Below, piece after piece: positions 1 to 9,194 of a stretch of 58,976 bases of DNA. Below the pieces are notes generated by a model. It saw only the letters and a list, made by a program, of their open reading frames with translations. It searched no databases and had not been told where the DNA came from. Numbering within the stretch: position 1 is the first letter of the stretch; the number at the start of each line of letters is the position of its first letter. Origin of the DNA: an uncultured Thermodesulfobacteriota bacterium (GTDB lineage Bacteria > Desulfobacterota > GWC2-55-46 > JADFVP01); assembly GCA_964567185.1 (NCBI GenBank), contig CAZMKZ010000005.1:1-58976 (forward strand), given 5' to 3'. A program made the position numbers and the translations under genes.

Positions 1-35
1 TGAGGCTTTGTCCTCTCAAATTTGGCCTTGCTCAT
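1..35 (-). CDS. tuf: Elongation factor Tu, N-terminus (runs off window)
   Basis: Reverse strand from ATG at 35 reads MSKAKFERTKP. GGAGGT RBS upstream. Follows the Thr-Tyr-Gly-Thr tRNA cluster. Confidence 0.95.
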   Translation of the reverse strand, partial: MSKAKFERTKP

Positions 36-81
36 CTCTATACCTCCCGAAAAATTCTGTGTGCCGTCATTTTATATTAAC

Positions 82-157
<76 letters not shown>

Positions 158-177
158 TTATCTTACAAGCCATGTGC

Positions 178-250
178 TGAAGCAGGTGATGGTAATAACC
201 TTCCTCTGCGAACCTGTCATGCTTGCGCCTGCCAACTGAGATACATGGGC
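178..250 (-). pseudogene. Degenerate chimeric tRNA-like relic (5' end of tRNA-Thr + 3' end of tRNA-Gly)
   Basis: 232-250 matches tRNA-Thr 139-157 at 18/19 nt. 178-200 resembles the tRNA-Gly 3' end (270-295). The acceptor stem cannot pair. Confidence 0.6.
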
Positions 251-269
251 TAATATTAAAACCCTGTAC

Positions 270-343
270 TGGAGCGGGTGATGGGGATCGAACCCACATG
301 GCCAGCTTGGAAGGCTGGAGTTCTGCCATTGAACTACACCCGC
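270..343 (-). tRNA. tRNA-Gly(TCC)
   Basis: GCGGGTGTAGTTCAATGGCAGAAC...CCTTCCAAG...GGTTCGATCCCCATCACCCGCTCCA. Confidence 0.97.
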
Positions 344-560
344 CTGATAAAGCTCGCAAAAAACCCTGAAAAATCAGCCCATTGCAAAAACAGAAGCCCG
401 CCGTCCCCAATCAAGCCCCTAACGGCGATAACCCCGGGCGTCCTTTTATTATTAATGAAGCCCTTATGCCCTTAATGTTAATGAGGCCATATTGTTAGTG
501 AAGCCCTAACCCCCGATGAAACCCCTACGCCTCCAACCAGCCCCTTGCACCTGCAAAATC

Positions 561-635
561 GCAACCCAATCACGCCCCCTGCGCCCCAATATCAATCAGC
601 CCTCTGCGACCCAATCACGCCCCCTACGCCCTAAT
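561..635. repeat. Imperfect 30-bp direct repeat, 45-bp period, in tRNA spacer
   Basis: GCAACCCAATCACGCCCCCTGCGCCCCAAT (561) vs GCGACCCAATCACGCCCCCTACGCCCTAAT (606). Confidence 0.85.
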
Positions 636-659
636 CATGCCCTAATCAAGCCCCTTGAA

Positions 660-744
660 TGGTGGAGAGGGGAGGATTCGAACCTCCGTAGGCTGAGCCA
701 GCAGATTTACAGTCTGCCCCCTTTGGCCACTCGGGTACCCCTCC
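660..744 (-). tRNA. tRNA-Tyr(GTA)
   Basis: GGAGGGGTACCCGAGTGGCCAAAGGGGGCAGACTGTAAATCTGC... long variable arm, CCA end. Confidence 0.97.
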
Positions 745-954
745 ATGACATTACATATATTAAACGGCTTTACCGTGATTGCGCAGGGCCGGTAGTTTTA
801 CTCTTAAACATCCAATTTCCTGAGGTTTTTCGGTGATGAGGTCTTAAAAAACCACGAAGACATATGAACCGCCTGATTAGAATGCCTTGCACCTTAAGAT
901 TCAACTTAGAGGGGTAAAAGCGCCCTTAAAAGTCATAAAAGAACTTAAATGTAC

Positions 955-1029
955 TGGAGCTGGCGATGGGATTCGAACCCGCAACCTGCTGATTACAAAT
1001 CAGCTGCTCTACCGTTGAGCTACGCCAGC
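955..1029 (-). tRNA. tRNA-Thr(TGT)
   Basis: GCTGGCGTAGCTCAACGGTAGAGCAGCTGATTTGTAATCAG...GGTTCGAATCCCATCGCCAGCTCCA. Confidence 0.97.
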
Positions 1030-1106
1030 GTAGCGCTGTATGGCCTCTGGCCCCGGGCCGTAATAAAGACATACCGCTCCCTTTTAAGCTGGAAACAGAA
1101 ACTTTA

Positions 1107-1136
1107 TTTATAGACCAGAGAAGCGGCTTCTGTCAA
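1107..1136 (-). promoter_or_regulatory. sigma70 promoter of tRNA-tuf operon
   Basis: TTGACA-18 nt-TATAAA. Confidence 0.6.
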
Positions 1137-1254
1137 GATTTATTTTATTTTATCTTGATAATATCCCGCTTAAAGGGAGGGGGCCGCCGCGGCGCGGGGC
1201 CTTTTACGGCATTAATATCTCCGTGAGGCCCGAAGATGGGGGGGGGGAGCAGGC

Positions 1255-2368
1255 TCAGACGCCCTCCTTATGCGCGGCGCTCTGGAGAAGAAATCCCTCT
1301 ATAAAGCAGTCGATGTCCCCATCGAGGACCCTGTCCACGTTGCCCACGTCGATGCCTGTTCTGTGGTCTTTTACAAGCTGGTATGGCTGGAGCACATAGG
1401 AGCGTATCTGGCTTCCCCAGGCGATATCGCGTTTTTCCTTCTGGAAGGACTCCATTTTCGCCTCGTCTTCGGCGCGTTTTTTCTCATAGAGGCGCGCTTT
1501 CAGGACCTTAAGGGCCGTTGCCTTGTTCTTGTGCTGGCTACGCTGGCTCTGGCACTGGGTGACTATGCCTGTGGGAAGATGGGTTATCCTTATGGCCGAG
1601 TCGGTCTTGTTGACGTGCTGGCCTCCGGCGCCGCTGGCGCGAAAGGTGTCTATACGGAGTTCCGAGTCCAGTATCTCTATATCGATGTCCTCTTCTATGT
1701 CGGGGTATACGAGGACAGAGGCAAAGGACGTATGGCGGCGTTTTCCGGCGTCAAAGGGAGAGATACGCACAAGGCGGTGCACGCCGGACTCGGCCTTCAT
1801 ATAGCCGTAGGCAAACATACCGGAGAGCTCGAAGGTTACGCTCTTTACGCCGGCCTCCTCGCCGGGCTGATAATCGATGACCTCCAGATTAAAGCCCCTG
1901 GACTCGGCCCAGCGCTGGTACATGCGAAAGAGTATGCTCGCCCAGTCCATGGCCTCGGTGCCCCCGGCCCCGGGATGTATGGAGACTATGGCGTCGAGGG
2001 TATCGTTCTCGCCGCTGAGCATGCGCTTTATCTCTTCGGCCCTAAGGGCCCTGCGGGCCTCTTTGAGTTTCTGGTCGGCCTCAATGGCCGAGTCCTCATC
2101 GCCGGCCTCCTCGGCGAGCTCAAGGAGCACATCAGAGTCCTCAAGGAGCGTGGAGATTGCGTTAATGGTATCAAGCCTCGAAGTGATGGCCGATTTTTTC
2201 TTCATAAGCCCGTTGGTCACCGCGCGGTCTTCCCATGAATCAGGCTCTGCCAGGGCCTTCTCTATTTCGGCAAGCTCCTCTTTCATTCCAGCGAGGTCAA
2301 AGATACCCCCGTAGTTCTTCAAACTTGCCGGTGGTCTCTTTCAGCCCTGCCCTTATATCGTCGTACAT
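1255..2368 (-). CDS. prfB: Peptide chain release factor 2 (programmed +1 frameshift at CTT TGA C, 2296-2302)
   Basis: ATG at 2368 with GGAGG RBS gives MYDDIRAG...RGYL, then CTT-TGA-C preceded by an internal SD-like CGGGGG. The downstream frame has SPF and GGQ motifs. Confidence 0.97.
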
Positions 2369-2402
2369 GGATGTTCCTCCCTGTGAATCTCGCCAGATTA
2401 TT

Positions 2403-3929
2403 TTATTTTCTTACCTTCCGGGCCGCGACAAGGACAAAAACCCCGGAAAAGAATAGGCAGATGTAGGCGAATACATCGCCGTAGGCCGTGTAGAAGGTCT
2501 CAAGGCCGGACTTCAGAGCCACATCAAGGACGACGAGGTCCTCTGTAAAAAGCTCTGTCTGTTTCTTTATTCTGCCCACGGGGTCTATGACGGCGCTTAT
2601 GCCCGTATTGGCGGAGCGCAGAAGATAGACCCTGTTCTCCACGGCCCGCAGGAGCGCCATGTCAAGGTGCTGGTACGGCGCGGCGGTCTTGCCGAACCAG
2701 GCGTCATTGGTGATATTTACGAGGAGCACTGCCCCGGCCCTTACAGAGGCGCGCGCAAGGGCCGGGAATATGGCCTCATAGCATATGAGGACCCCCGCCT
2801 TGTAGCCGTTTATGTCAAGGGGCGCGGGACCCTTGCCCGAGGCAAAATCGCCCACACCAACGGTGAGTTTTTTTATAAAAGGCATGAAACGCTTGAGGGG
2901 AACGTACTCGCCGTAGGGCACAAGATGAACCTTGTCGTACCTGCCGGTTATCCGGCCCTTGCCGGAGATGACATAAGCGCTGTTATAAAGGCTCACTCCT
3001 TTGTTTTTCTTATTATAATCATAGGCGGGACTCCCGGTCAAGAGCCTCACCTTATTTTGCCTCGCAATGTCCGTCACAATCTTTTTGCCCGCCCTGTTCT
3101 TCTCAAGATAAAAGGGCACCGCCGTCTCTGGCCATACCACGAGCCCTGCCCCGGCGGCAGATGCCCGCTCTGTAAGGCGCCTGTATATACGCAGCGTCTC
3201 GGCCTGATATCTTTTGTCCCACTTTACGGACTGATCGATATTACCCTGAGCCAGGGCGGCCCGCACCGTGGTCCAGCCTTTAACGGCGCTCTCTACCTGC
3301 CTTATCCTGAAGGCTCCGTAACCCCCTGCCACCGTCAAAAGCAATACAGCGGCTACCACGGGGCCCACCGACCCCGGACTGCCCTTCATGCCGGAGACTA
3401 TAAAGAGACAGAGGGCTACGTTCACAAAAATGACGAGAAAACAGAGGCCCCAGACGCCCGTAATATCGGCAACTTGAATAAGGACGATATTATGGACCAG
3501 CGAGTACCCCGAGAGCGCCCATGGGAAACCCGTAAAGAGATGTCCCCGCAGGTACTCCATGCTCACCCATAGAGAGGGCAAAAAGATAAGCGCCCCAAAA
3601 CCCGAGGCGGGTGAGAGGCGTGAAAGCAAGGCAAAAAAACCGAAGAATAGAGCAAGATATGAAGATAGCAATAGCAGGACGGGAAGGCTCTGGCCAAAAC
3701 CGAGGCCCCCGTAGTAATGCATTGAGTAGACCACCCAGTATACGGCGCCCATAAAAAAGACAAACCCCGTAATATAACCAAGGAGAAATGAGCGTCCTTT
3801 TCGTTGGCCCTCAAGGGATATGAGAAGCGGGACAAAGGCCGCAAAGGCAAGGGGCCAGAGCCCGAAAGGGGCGATGGAGAGGACAAGCAGGCCCCCTGAA
3901 GATATGGCGGCGAGGACCCTCTTTATCAT
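2403..3929 (-). CDS. lnt: Apolipoprotein N-acyltransferase
   Basis: Multiple TM helices, GFPW, QGNI, WPETA, YDKVHLVPYGEY, ICYEAIF. Confidence 0.96.
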   Translation of the reverse strand: MIKRVLAAISSGGLLVLSIAPFGLWPLAFAAFVPLLISLEGQRKGRSFLLGYITGFVFFMGAVYWVVYSMHYYGGLGFGQSLPVLLLLSSYLALFFGFFALLSRLSPASGFGALIFLPSLWVSMEYLRGHLFTGFPWALSGYSLVHNIVLIQVADITGVWGLCFLVIFVNVALCLFIVSGMKGSPGSVGPVVAAVLLLTVAGGYGAFRIRQVESAVKGWTTVRAALAQGNIDQSVKWDKRYQAETLRIYRRLTERASAAGAGLVVWPETAVPFYLEKNRAGKKIVTDIARQNKVRLLTGSPAYDYNKKNKGVSLYNSAYVISGKGRITGRYDKVHLVPYGEYVPLKRFMPFIKKLTVGVGDFASGKGPAPLDINGYKAGVLICYEAIFPALARASVRAGAVLLVNITNDAWFGKTAAPYQHLDMALLRAVENRVYLLRSANTGISAVIDPVGRIKKQTELFTEDLVVLDVALKSGLETFYTAYGDVFAYICLFFSGVFVLVAARKVRK

Positions 3930-4660
3930 GGCCCTGTATAGAGAAAAATCCTGTAGATGATAAGGGTAAGGCCCGTACCGAGCAGTGCGCCGAGAATTAC
4001 CTCAAGCCTCGTGTGTATGCCTCCGAGGAGCCTTGAGTGGCTCACCATAATGGCCATGACAAAGGCCAGGACGGCGACTATCGGCGAGCCCGTAAGCAGG
4101 GTTATGGAAGTAAAAAGAGAGAATGCCACAGCGGCGTGTCCGCTTGGAAGCCCTCCGTGAAGGGGGCGGCCGCTATGGCCCATGGATTTACAAACCACCA
4201 CGGCGATAAGGACCAGCAGAAGGGATATAACTGCAACATGGCCTGAAAAATCGTGCACACCCCGGAGACCCAGGGCCGCGGGTTCGGCCATGTACTTTGT
4301 AAAGAGCATATAGACCATTATGGCAACGCCGATAGCGGCTATGAGGACGGCTCCGGCAGAGACATCCTTGGCGTTCTTTGCCATTACGTGATGTTTATCT
4401 TCGATGAGATTAACGGTCTCTTCTATGGCGGTATTCAGCATCTCGGCGAAGAGCAGGATAATGATGGATATGGCAAAGAGGACAAATTCCAGGACAGGGA
4501 GCCTCAGCACGAGGCTCAGGATAAGGGCGGCCACGGCGATGAGGTAATGGAGCTTTATGTGTTTTTGCGTCTTAAAGGCGTATATAACGCCCTCTATGGC
4601 GCAGTTCAGGCTACCGAGCCATCCCTTTGGTTTAATAACCTTCTGTTGTTGCCTTTCCAT
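3926..4660 (-). CDS. dgkA: Diacylglycerol/undecaprenol kinase fused to PAP2 phosphatase domain
   Basis: EMLNTAIEETVN..AKDVSAGAVL (DgkA) plus PSGH and SRLLGGIH (PAP2). Confidence 0.9.
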   Translation of the reverse strand: MERQQQKVIKPKGWLGSLNCAIEGVIYAFKTQKHIKLHYLIAVAALILSLVLRLPVLEFVLFAISIIILLFAEMLNTAIEETVNLIEDKHHVMAKNAKDVSAGAVLIAAIGVAIMVYMLFTKYMAEPAALGLRGVHDFSGHVAVISLLLVLIAVVVCKSMGHSGRPLHGGLPSGHAAVAFSLFTSITLLTGSPIVAVLAFVMAIMVSHSRLLGGIHTRLEVILGALLGTGLTLIIYRIFLYTGP

Positions 4661-4687
4661 CCCAACCCCTTGACCAGGCCCGGCCTC

Positions 4688-5137
4688 TCAGGCCCCATCA
4701 ATCTTATGAAAGAACCCCTTTGCCTCCAGCGCCGAGAAGAGTTCCTCCTCCCTGCGCCTCATCTTGCCGGCCTGTCTGCCGCCGTGAATATGCTCGTATC
4801 CAAGAAGATGAAGAAGCCCGTGAATGCAGAGCCTCGCGAGCTCCATATCGTCCGTAATGCCCGCGTCAACGGCCTGTCTGTGAACCCTGTCCATGGAGAT
4901 GGCGATATCGCCGAGAAGAAGCTCGTCGTCCATGGGAAAACTCAGCACGTCGGTGCTCTTGTCCTTACCGCGAAACCTCCGGTTGAGCTCCCTTATCTCT
5001 TCATCGCCGGTAAGGAGAAGGCTCAATTCCCTGCCTTCAACGCCAAGCACCGTCATGGCCGACTTTAATATGGCCCTTGCAATCATTACCCTGGCGCAAC
5101 AGACCCTGTCCGTCACAAGGACCTTCGAAGAGGCCAT
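4688..5137 (-). CDS. ybeY: rRNA maturation endoribonuclease YbeY
   Basis: LNRRFRGKDKSTDVLSF, HGLLHLLGYEH. Confidence 0.95.
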   Translation of the reverse strand: MASSKVLVTDRVCCARVMIARAILKSAMTVLGVEGRELSLLLTGDEEIRELNRRFRGKDKSTDVLSFPMDDELLLGDIAISMDRVHRQAVDAGITDDMELARLCIHGLLHLLGYEHIHGGRQAGKMRRREEELFSALEAKGFFHKIDGA

Positions 5138-5149
5138 GCCTATCCTCCC

Positions 5150-6181
5150 CTACTCTGATTTTTCTTCTTGCGAGGCCCCGGTCCTCACAGACCTCTTCGC
5201 TTCCATCTCATCAAAGGCGCGTATCACATCCTGCACGAGCGGATGACGCACCACGTCCACATCCGAGAAGGTTACGAACTCTATGCCCTCGACGTCTTTG
5301 AGTATGGCGCGCGTCTCGATAAGGCCGGAGGCCCTGGCCGAGGGAAGGTCTATCTGAGTAATATCGCCCGTTATGACGGCCTTTGAATCAAAACCAAGCC
5401 TTGTAAGAAACATCTTCATCTGCCGGGTGGTGGCGTTCTGCCCCTCATCGAGGATGATAAAGGAGTCGTTCAATGTCCTCCCCCTCATGAAGGCAAGGGG
5501 GGCCACCTCTATGATGCCCTTCTCCATGAGCTTTTCCGCCCTCTCGTACTCCAGAAAATCGTAAAGCGCGTCGTAGAGGGGCCGGAGATAAGGGTCCACC
5601 TTGGCCGCGAGATCGCCGGGAAGAAAACCAAGCCTCTCGCCTGCCTCAACGGCGGGTCTCGTAAGTATAATCCGCTCGACTTCCTTATTGACAAGGGCGC
5701 TGACGGCCATGGCCATGGCAAGGTATGTCTTTCCCGTCCCCGCAGGACCGATGGCAAAGACCATGTCAGCCCTTCTTATGGCGTCGATATATATCTTTTG
5801 CGCAACGCTCTTGGCGGCTATGACCTTTTTTTTGAAAGTGATGCAGGCCGTATTGAGGAATACGTCGGCCAGAGGCACGGGACTCTCCGTCATGGCCATG
5901 CGGATAGCGTAATCAATATCATGGGGGCCAAGCCTGTAACCCTTTTTGAGAAGGTCATACAGGTCAAGAAGAAGCCTCTTGACGCTCCCCACGCCGCTCA
6001 CGCTCCCCCTTATGGTAACAAGCCCGCCGCGTGTGCTTATCGTAACGCCCGTCGTCTTTTGAATGGCCTTGAGATTAGACGCCGCCTCGCCGAAGAGGGC
6101 CATGGCGAGAGCATTGTCCTCAAGGGTTATCTGCTCTCTGCTCTCATCTCTCTTTATGCCGGAGGCAATAATCGTATTCAT
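5150..6181 (-). CDS. phoH: PhoH/YbeZ-family ATPase
   Basis: GPAGTGKT, RPAVEAGERLGFLPGD, MRGRTL, DEGQN. Confidence 0.95.
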   Translation of the reverse strand: MNTIIASGIKRDESREQITLEDNALAMALFGEAASNLKAIQKTTGVTISTRGGLVTIRGSVSGVGSVKRLLLDLYDLLKKGYRLGPHDIDYAIRMAMTESPVPLADVFLNTACITFKKKVIAAKSVAQKIYIDAIRRADMVFAIGPAGTGKTYLAMAMAVSALVNKEVERIILTRPAVEAGERLGFLPGDLAAKVDPYLRPLYDALYDFLEYERAEKLMEKGIIEVAPLAFMRGRTLNDSFIILDEGQNATTRQMKMFLTRLGFDSKAVITGDITQIDLPSARASGLIETRAILKDVEGIEFVTFSDVDVVRHPLVQDVIRAFDEMEAKRSVRTGASQEEKSE

Positions 6182-6252
6182 CTATCCCGTAATCTTATTC
6201 AACTTGCCCTGAGGTAGGAAAACCACCGAAAAACGACGTTATCTTAATAATA

Positions 6253-6281
6253 ATTCTATCATAGCGGTATTTTTTTTACAA
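6253..6281 (-). promoter_or_regulatory. sigma70 promoter of phoH operon
   Basis: TTGTAA-17 nt-TAGAAT. Confidence 0.55.
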
Positions 6282-6331
6282 TCAACGGGAAGGCGGAGAT
6301 AAAGGGAGAGGAAAAAACCCGGGCTTGAGAC

Positions 6332-6361
6332 AAAAAAAAAGCGGGTTAAATAACCCGGCTT
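6332..6361 (-). terminator. Intrinsic terminator after lpxC
   Basis: AGCCGGGTTA-TT-TAACCCGCT hairpin followed by a U9 run. Confidence 0.7.
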
Positions 6362-6435
6362 CAAGCGGCCTAACGATAGATTATAAAATACCGGACCCCC
6401 CGAAGAACCGGGCGCCCATAGATGACAAAACAGGC

Positions 6436-7359
6436 TCAGAGGGCCACTGCCTCACGCCGGTAATTGTAGGCGCCTCTCGTCATTGCGCCCTGGTTCACCA
6501 CGGCGCCCTGTCTGAGCTCCCACCTTGAGCGGAGCCTGACTATCTTCTGCAAAAGCCTGTGGTTAAGGGCATGACCGGACCTGTGGGCTATGAGCAGACC
6601 CCTTACGGGCGCTCCTACAAGCGCAAGGTCTCCGATAAGGTCAAGGGCCTTGTGCCTTACGAACTCGTCAGGATACCTGAGGCCGTCCTCATTAAGTATG
6701 TCACTCTCGCCGACGACTACGGCGTTGCTCAAGGACCCGCCCATGGCAAGGCCGTTGGCGCGAAGCATCTCTATGTCACTCAAAAAGCCGAAGGTCCTGG
6801 CGTTTCCTATCTCATTGATGAAGACCTCTTTTGTACAGCGCCTTGAGAATGTCTGCTTGGCGAGAAGGGTATGATTAAAATCAATGGAATAATCTATCCT
6901 TAAACCGGGCTCATCGGAGGGAAGCAGCATGAGATACTTATCTCCCGCCGATACCTTTATGGGCCTCTTGACTACAAGATACTTACGCGGCGCCATAAGG
7001 CTTTTGAACCCCGCGGCCTCTATCTTCCTTATGAACTCACCGGCGCTCCCATCAAGGATGGGTATCTCACTGCCATGCACCTCTACATCCACGTTGTCCA
7101 CACCAAGCCCGTAGAGGGCCGCGAGGATGTGCTCCACCGTGGAGACGGTAACACCGCCCACCCCGAGGGTAGTAGCGTAGTTGGTATTTACGACGTTGGC
7201 CCCATCGGCCTTTATGGAAGGAAAACCAGGCAGATCTTTTCTGATAAACCTTACGCCGCTATCCTCTCCGGCCGGAACCAGCCGCACCATGACGTTGCGC
7301 CCTGTATGCAGGCCTACGCCGGAAAAAGATATCTCTTTTTTAATGGTCTTCTGCATCAT
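6436..7359 (-). CDS. lpxC: UDP-3-O-acyl-GlcNAc deacetylase
   Basis: MQKTIK..GVGLHTG, TVEHILAAL, RHKALDLIGDL. Start most likely ATG 7359 (alternatives 7356, 7365). Confidence 0.96.
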   Translation of the reverse strand: MMQKTIKKEISFSGVGLHTGRNVMVRLVPAGEDSGVRFIRKDLPGFPSIKADGANVVNTNYATTLGVGGVTVSTVEHILAALYGLGVDNVDVEVHGSEIPILDGSAGEFIRKIEAAGFKSLMAPRKYLVVKRPIKVSAGDKYLMLLPSDEPGLRIDYSIDFNHTLLAKQTFSRRCTKEVFINEIGNARTFGFLSDIEMLRANGLAMGGSLSNAVVVGESDILNEDGLRYPDEFVRHKALDLIGDLALVGAPVRGLLIAHRSGHALNHRLLQKIVRLRSRWELRQGAVVNQGAMTRGAYNYRREAVAL

Positions 7360-7373
7360 TAACATATACAATA

Positions 7374-7389
7374 TACAAAAAGCGTGCCA
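7374..7389 (-). promoter_or_regulatory. Putative sigma54 (-24/-12) promoter of lpxC
   Basis: TGGCACGCTTTTTGTA vs consensus TGGCACG-N4-TTGCW. IHF-like AATCCAATAGTTA at 7408-7420. Confidence 0.6.
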
Positions 7390-7490
7390 AGAATAAAAGT
7401 TCTTACAAATCCAATAGTTACCCATTAGAAGTTAAGTTTCTACTGTGTTAAAAAAACCACAGCTCACCATGGATTCTCTTTTTTGCAACA

Positions 7491-7700
7491 TCATCGCCTT
7501 CCAAATAGATATATGAGAAGGGAGATAAGGGCGCTTATGATTATCGAGGTGGTAAGAGGAAAATAAAAGGAAAAATTGTCTTTCCTGAAGTAGAGGTCTC
7601 CGGGAAGCCTGCCGAGAAGGGGTATCTTTGGCGCCATGCCGAGGACGACGCCCGCGATTATGAAGATGACCCCGATGATAATAAACGTCCTTGCGTTCAT
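7491..7700 (-). CDS. DUF2905-like small membrane protein
   Basis: Two TM segments flanking LGRLPGDL...FYFPLTTSIIIS. Confidence 0.85.
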   Translation of the reverse strand: MNARTFIIIGVIFIIAGVVLGMAPKIPLLGRLPGDLYFRKDNFSFYFPLTTSIIISALISLLIYLFGRR

Positions 7701-7705
7701 TCCAT

Positions 7706-7735
7706 ATTATAACTTTTATCACCGGGGTATGTCAA
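7706..7735 (-). promoter_or_regulatory. sigma70 promoter, probably giving a leaderless mRNA
   Basis: TTGACA-18 nt-TATAAT with the ATG 6 nt downstream and no RBS. Confidence 0.7.
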
Positions 7736-7766
7736 CGGCCCTGCCGCGTAAAAGCGGTGAAGAGAA

Positions 7767-8189
7767 TCAGCCGGCCTTTATCATGGCTATGGATTTCTCC
7801 ACGCTCCGGCCGCCGAAGTAGAAGATGATTACCGTCTGCATAATGGATTTATGCACCTCGGTAAGGGGTATCTGCGGATATCCCAGATACGGGGCGAGTA
7901 TGGTCCAGCTGAATATGGCCAGCATGATAAAAGACCACAATGGGCGATGGGTCACCTTCAGGACGTTGGCCCATGGGGGCGCGCCCTCGCCCTCTCTGGC
8001 GGCAAGGGCACGGGCGTTCTGGGTGTCGGCAGTTGCGGCCTTGCTCTCTTCAATAGCCAGTTCCTCAGCCTTGAGCCTGAACTCGGCCTTCTCCTGCTCG
8101 CTCATGGAGGCGGGCAGATACCTGTCCGCGAGTTTACCCACAACCTTGCCAACCGTTGATTCTATGAGGTCTCCTATTAGAGGTGTCAT
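7767..8189 (-). CDS. Holin-like protein (3TM holin/DUF3154-like)
   Basis: MTPLIGDLI..KLADRYLP..EKAEF..RP(L)W..TM..FYFGGRSVEK. GGAGG RBS before ATG 8189. Confidence 0.75.
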   Translation of the reverse strand: MTPLIGDLIESTVGKVVGKLADRYLPASMSEQEKAEFRLKAEELAIEESKAATADTQNARALAAREGEGAPPWANVLKVTHRPLWSFIMLAIFSWTILAPYLGYPQIPLTEVHKSIMQTVIIFYFGGRSVEKSIAMIKAG

Positions 8190-8190
8190 A

Positions 8191-8334
8191 TCATTCTCCT
8201 CCTGATTCTCCTTTATGGTCTTTGAATGCAGGGCTTGGCTTACCCCCGCACGGGGTGCATTTTTCACAGAGGCAGGTCTTTAGATATATCCATGCCAGCC
8301 TGCCGCACTCAATACAGAGACCTCTCTTTTTCAC
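8191..8334 (-). CDS. 47-aa Cys-rich putative zinc-finger protein
   Basis: GTG at 8334 after GGAGGAG, overlapping the upstream stop (GTGA). MKKRGLCIECGRLAWIYLKTCLCEKC... Confidence 0.55.
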   Translation of the reverse strand: MKKRGLCIECGRLAWIYLKTCLCEKCTPCGGKPSPAFKDHKGESGGE

Positions 8335-8465
8335 AGCTCCTCCCTTAACTTCTTCGCCCACTGCGAGAACCTCCTGTAATACACTACCGTACCCACGAGG
8401 GAAAAAACTCCACCAAGTACAAGGGCCTCTATTACGTGAGCTCCTGTGTAACACTCCATGTTCAT
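8331..8465 (-). CDS. 44-aa single-TM peptide (not in ORF track)
   Basis: AGGAGG RBS and ATGA overlap with the endolysin stop. MNMECYTGAHVIEALVLGGVFSLVGTVVYYRRFSQWAKKLREEL. Confidence 0.6.
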   Translation of the reverse strand: MNMECYTGAHVIEALVLGGVFSLVGTVVYYRRFSQWAKKLREEL

Positions 8466-8908
8466 TTACCTCCTTCTTCGTATGATGAGAGCGGATGCCC
8501 GTCTCCAGCCGTCCGGTAGAGGGCAACGGACCTGTTTATCCATCCCCTGAGATATGATTTTCGTCCTAGGACGCGTGCGTAATAATCAATCCGCTCGATT
8601 ATGTAATCCTGCCAGTAATGCGTACGGGAGAGAAACTCCTTTGCCCTGCCCACGCCCATGTTGACGGCCGTATCAAAGACCACCATATTAAGAGGCCAGA
8701 GCAGGTCGCCGCACCCGGCCCGGTCCCAGTAATTGTTCCTGTATATATCCATTGCCTCTCCCTTTGTAAGGTCCTTTATGTCAAGCATGGGGTAGGCCCG
8801 CCGGGAAATGCCCCAGTGGGTCTCGCCTCCGGGGTCTTTAGGGTCAAAAACATACCCGCCCTCCCAGCGGAATACAAACTCCATGGCGCGGTCAAAGTCC
8901 TTCATCAA
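8462..8908 (-). CDS. Endolysin, glycosyl hydrolase family 108
   Basis: EGGYVFDPKDPGGETHWGIS motif, YW, FDTAVNMG, RGWINR. Confidence 0.92.
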   Translation of the reverse strand: MMKDFDRAMEFVFRWEGGYVFDPKDPGGETHWGISRRAYPMLDIKDLTKGEAMDIYRNNYWDRAGCGDLLWPLNMVVFDTAVNMGVGRAKEFLSRTHYWQDYIIERIDYYARVLGRKSYLRGWINRSVALYRTAGDGHPLSSYEEGGK

Positions 8909-9179
8909 GGGCCTCCATCTTAGTGGCTATCCTTGTGATGGTATTGTTCATCTGCCGGATATCCCGGCTGTTTTCCGAGAGGGTCTGCTTTATCTCGCTT
9001 AAGATGCCTGTGTTGTTATTACGGAATATGGCGCACTCCGGCTTCGGCACGCCATGGCACTCAAGCCTTTCCATCCTCTGCCCGAATGCCCGCAGAACAT
9101 AAGAGAGCATGGCGGACCAGAGCGCCAGGAGTCCCCCGCTCACGGCCATCCATAAATTCACGTCTTTCTCCGGGCTCAT
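8892..9179 (-). CDS. Single-TM coiled-coil protein (holin/antiholin-like)
   Basis: N-terminal TM helix, C-terminal heptads, directly upstream of the endolysin. Confidence 0.6.
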   Translation of the reverse strand: MSPEKDVNLWMAVSGGLLALWSAMLSYVLRAFGQRMERLECHGVPKPECAIFRNNNTGILSEIKQTLSENSRDIRQMNNTITRIATKMEALDEGL

Positions 9180-9194
9180 AGCGCCCTCCTTTAA

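Noticed and set aside
390-657. CRISPR array
   Set aside because: Only two imperfect repeat copies with a 15-bp gap, no regular spacers and no cas genes.
8191-8526. 111-aa ORF as given in the track
   Set aside because: Better explained as two coupled small ORFs (8331-8465 and 8191-8334), each with its own RBS.
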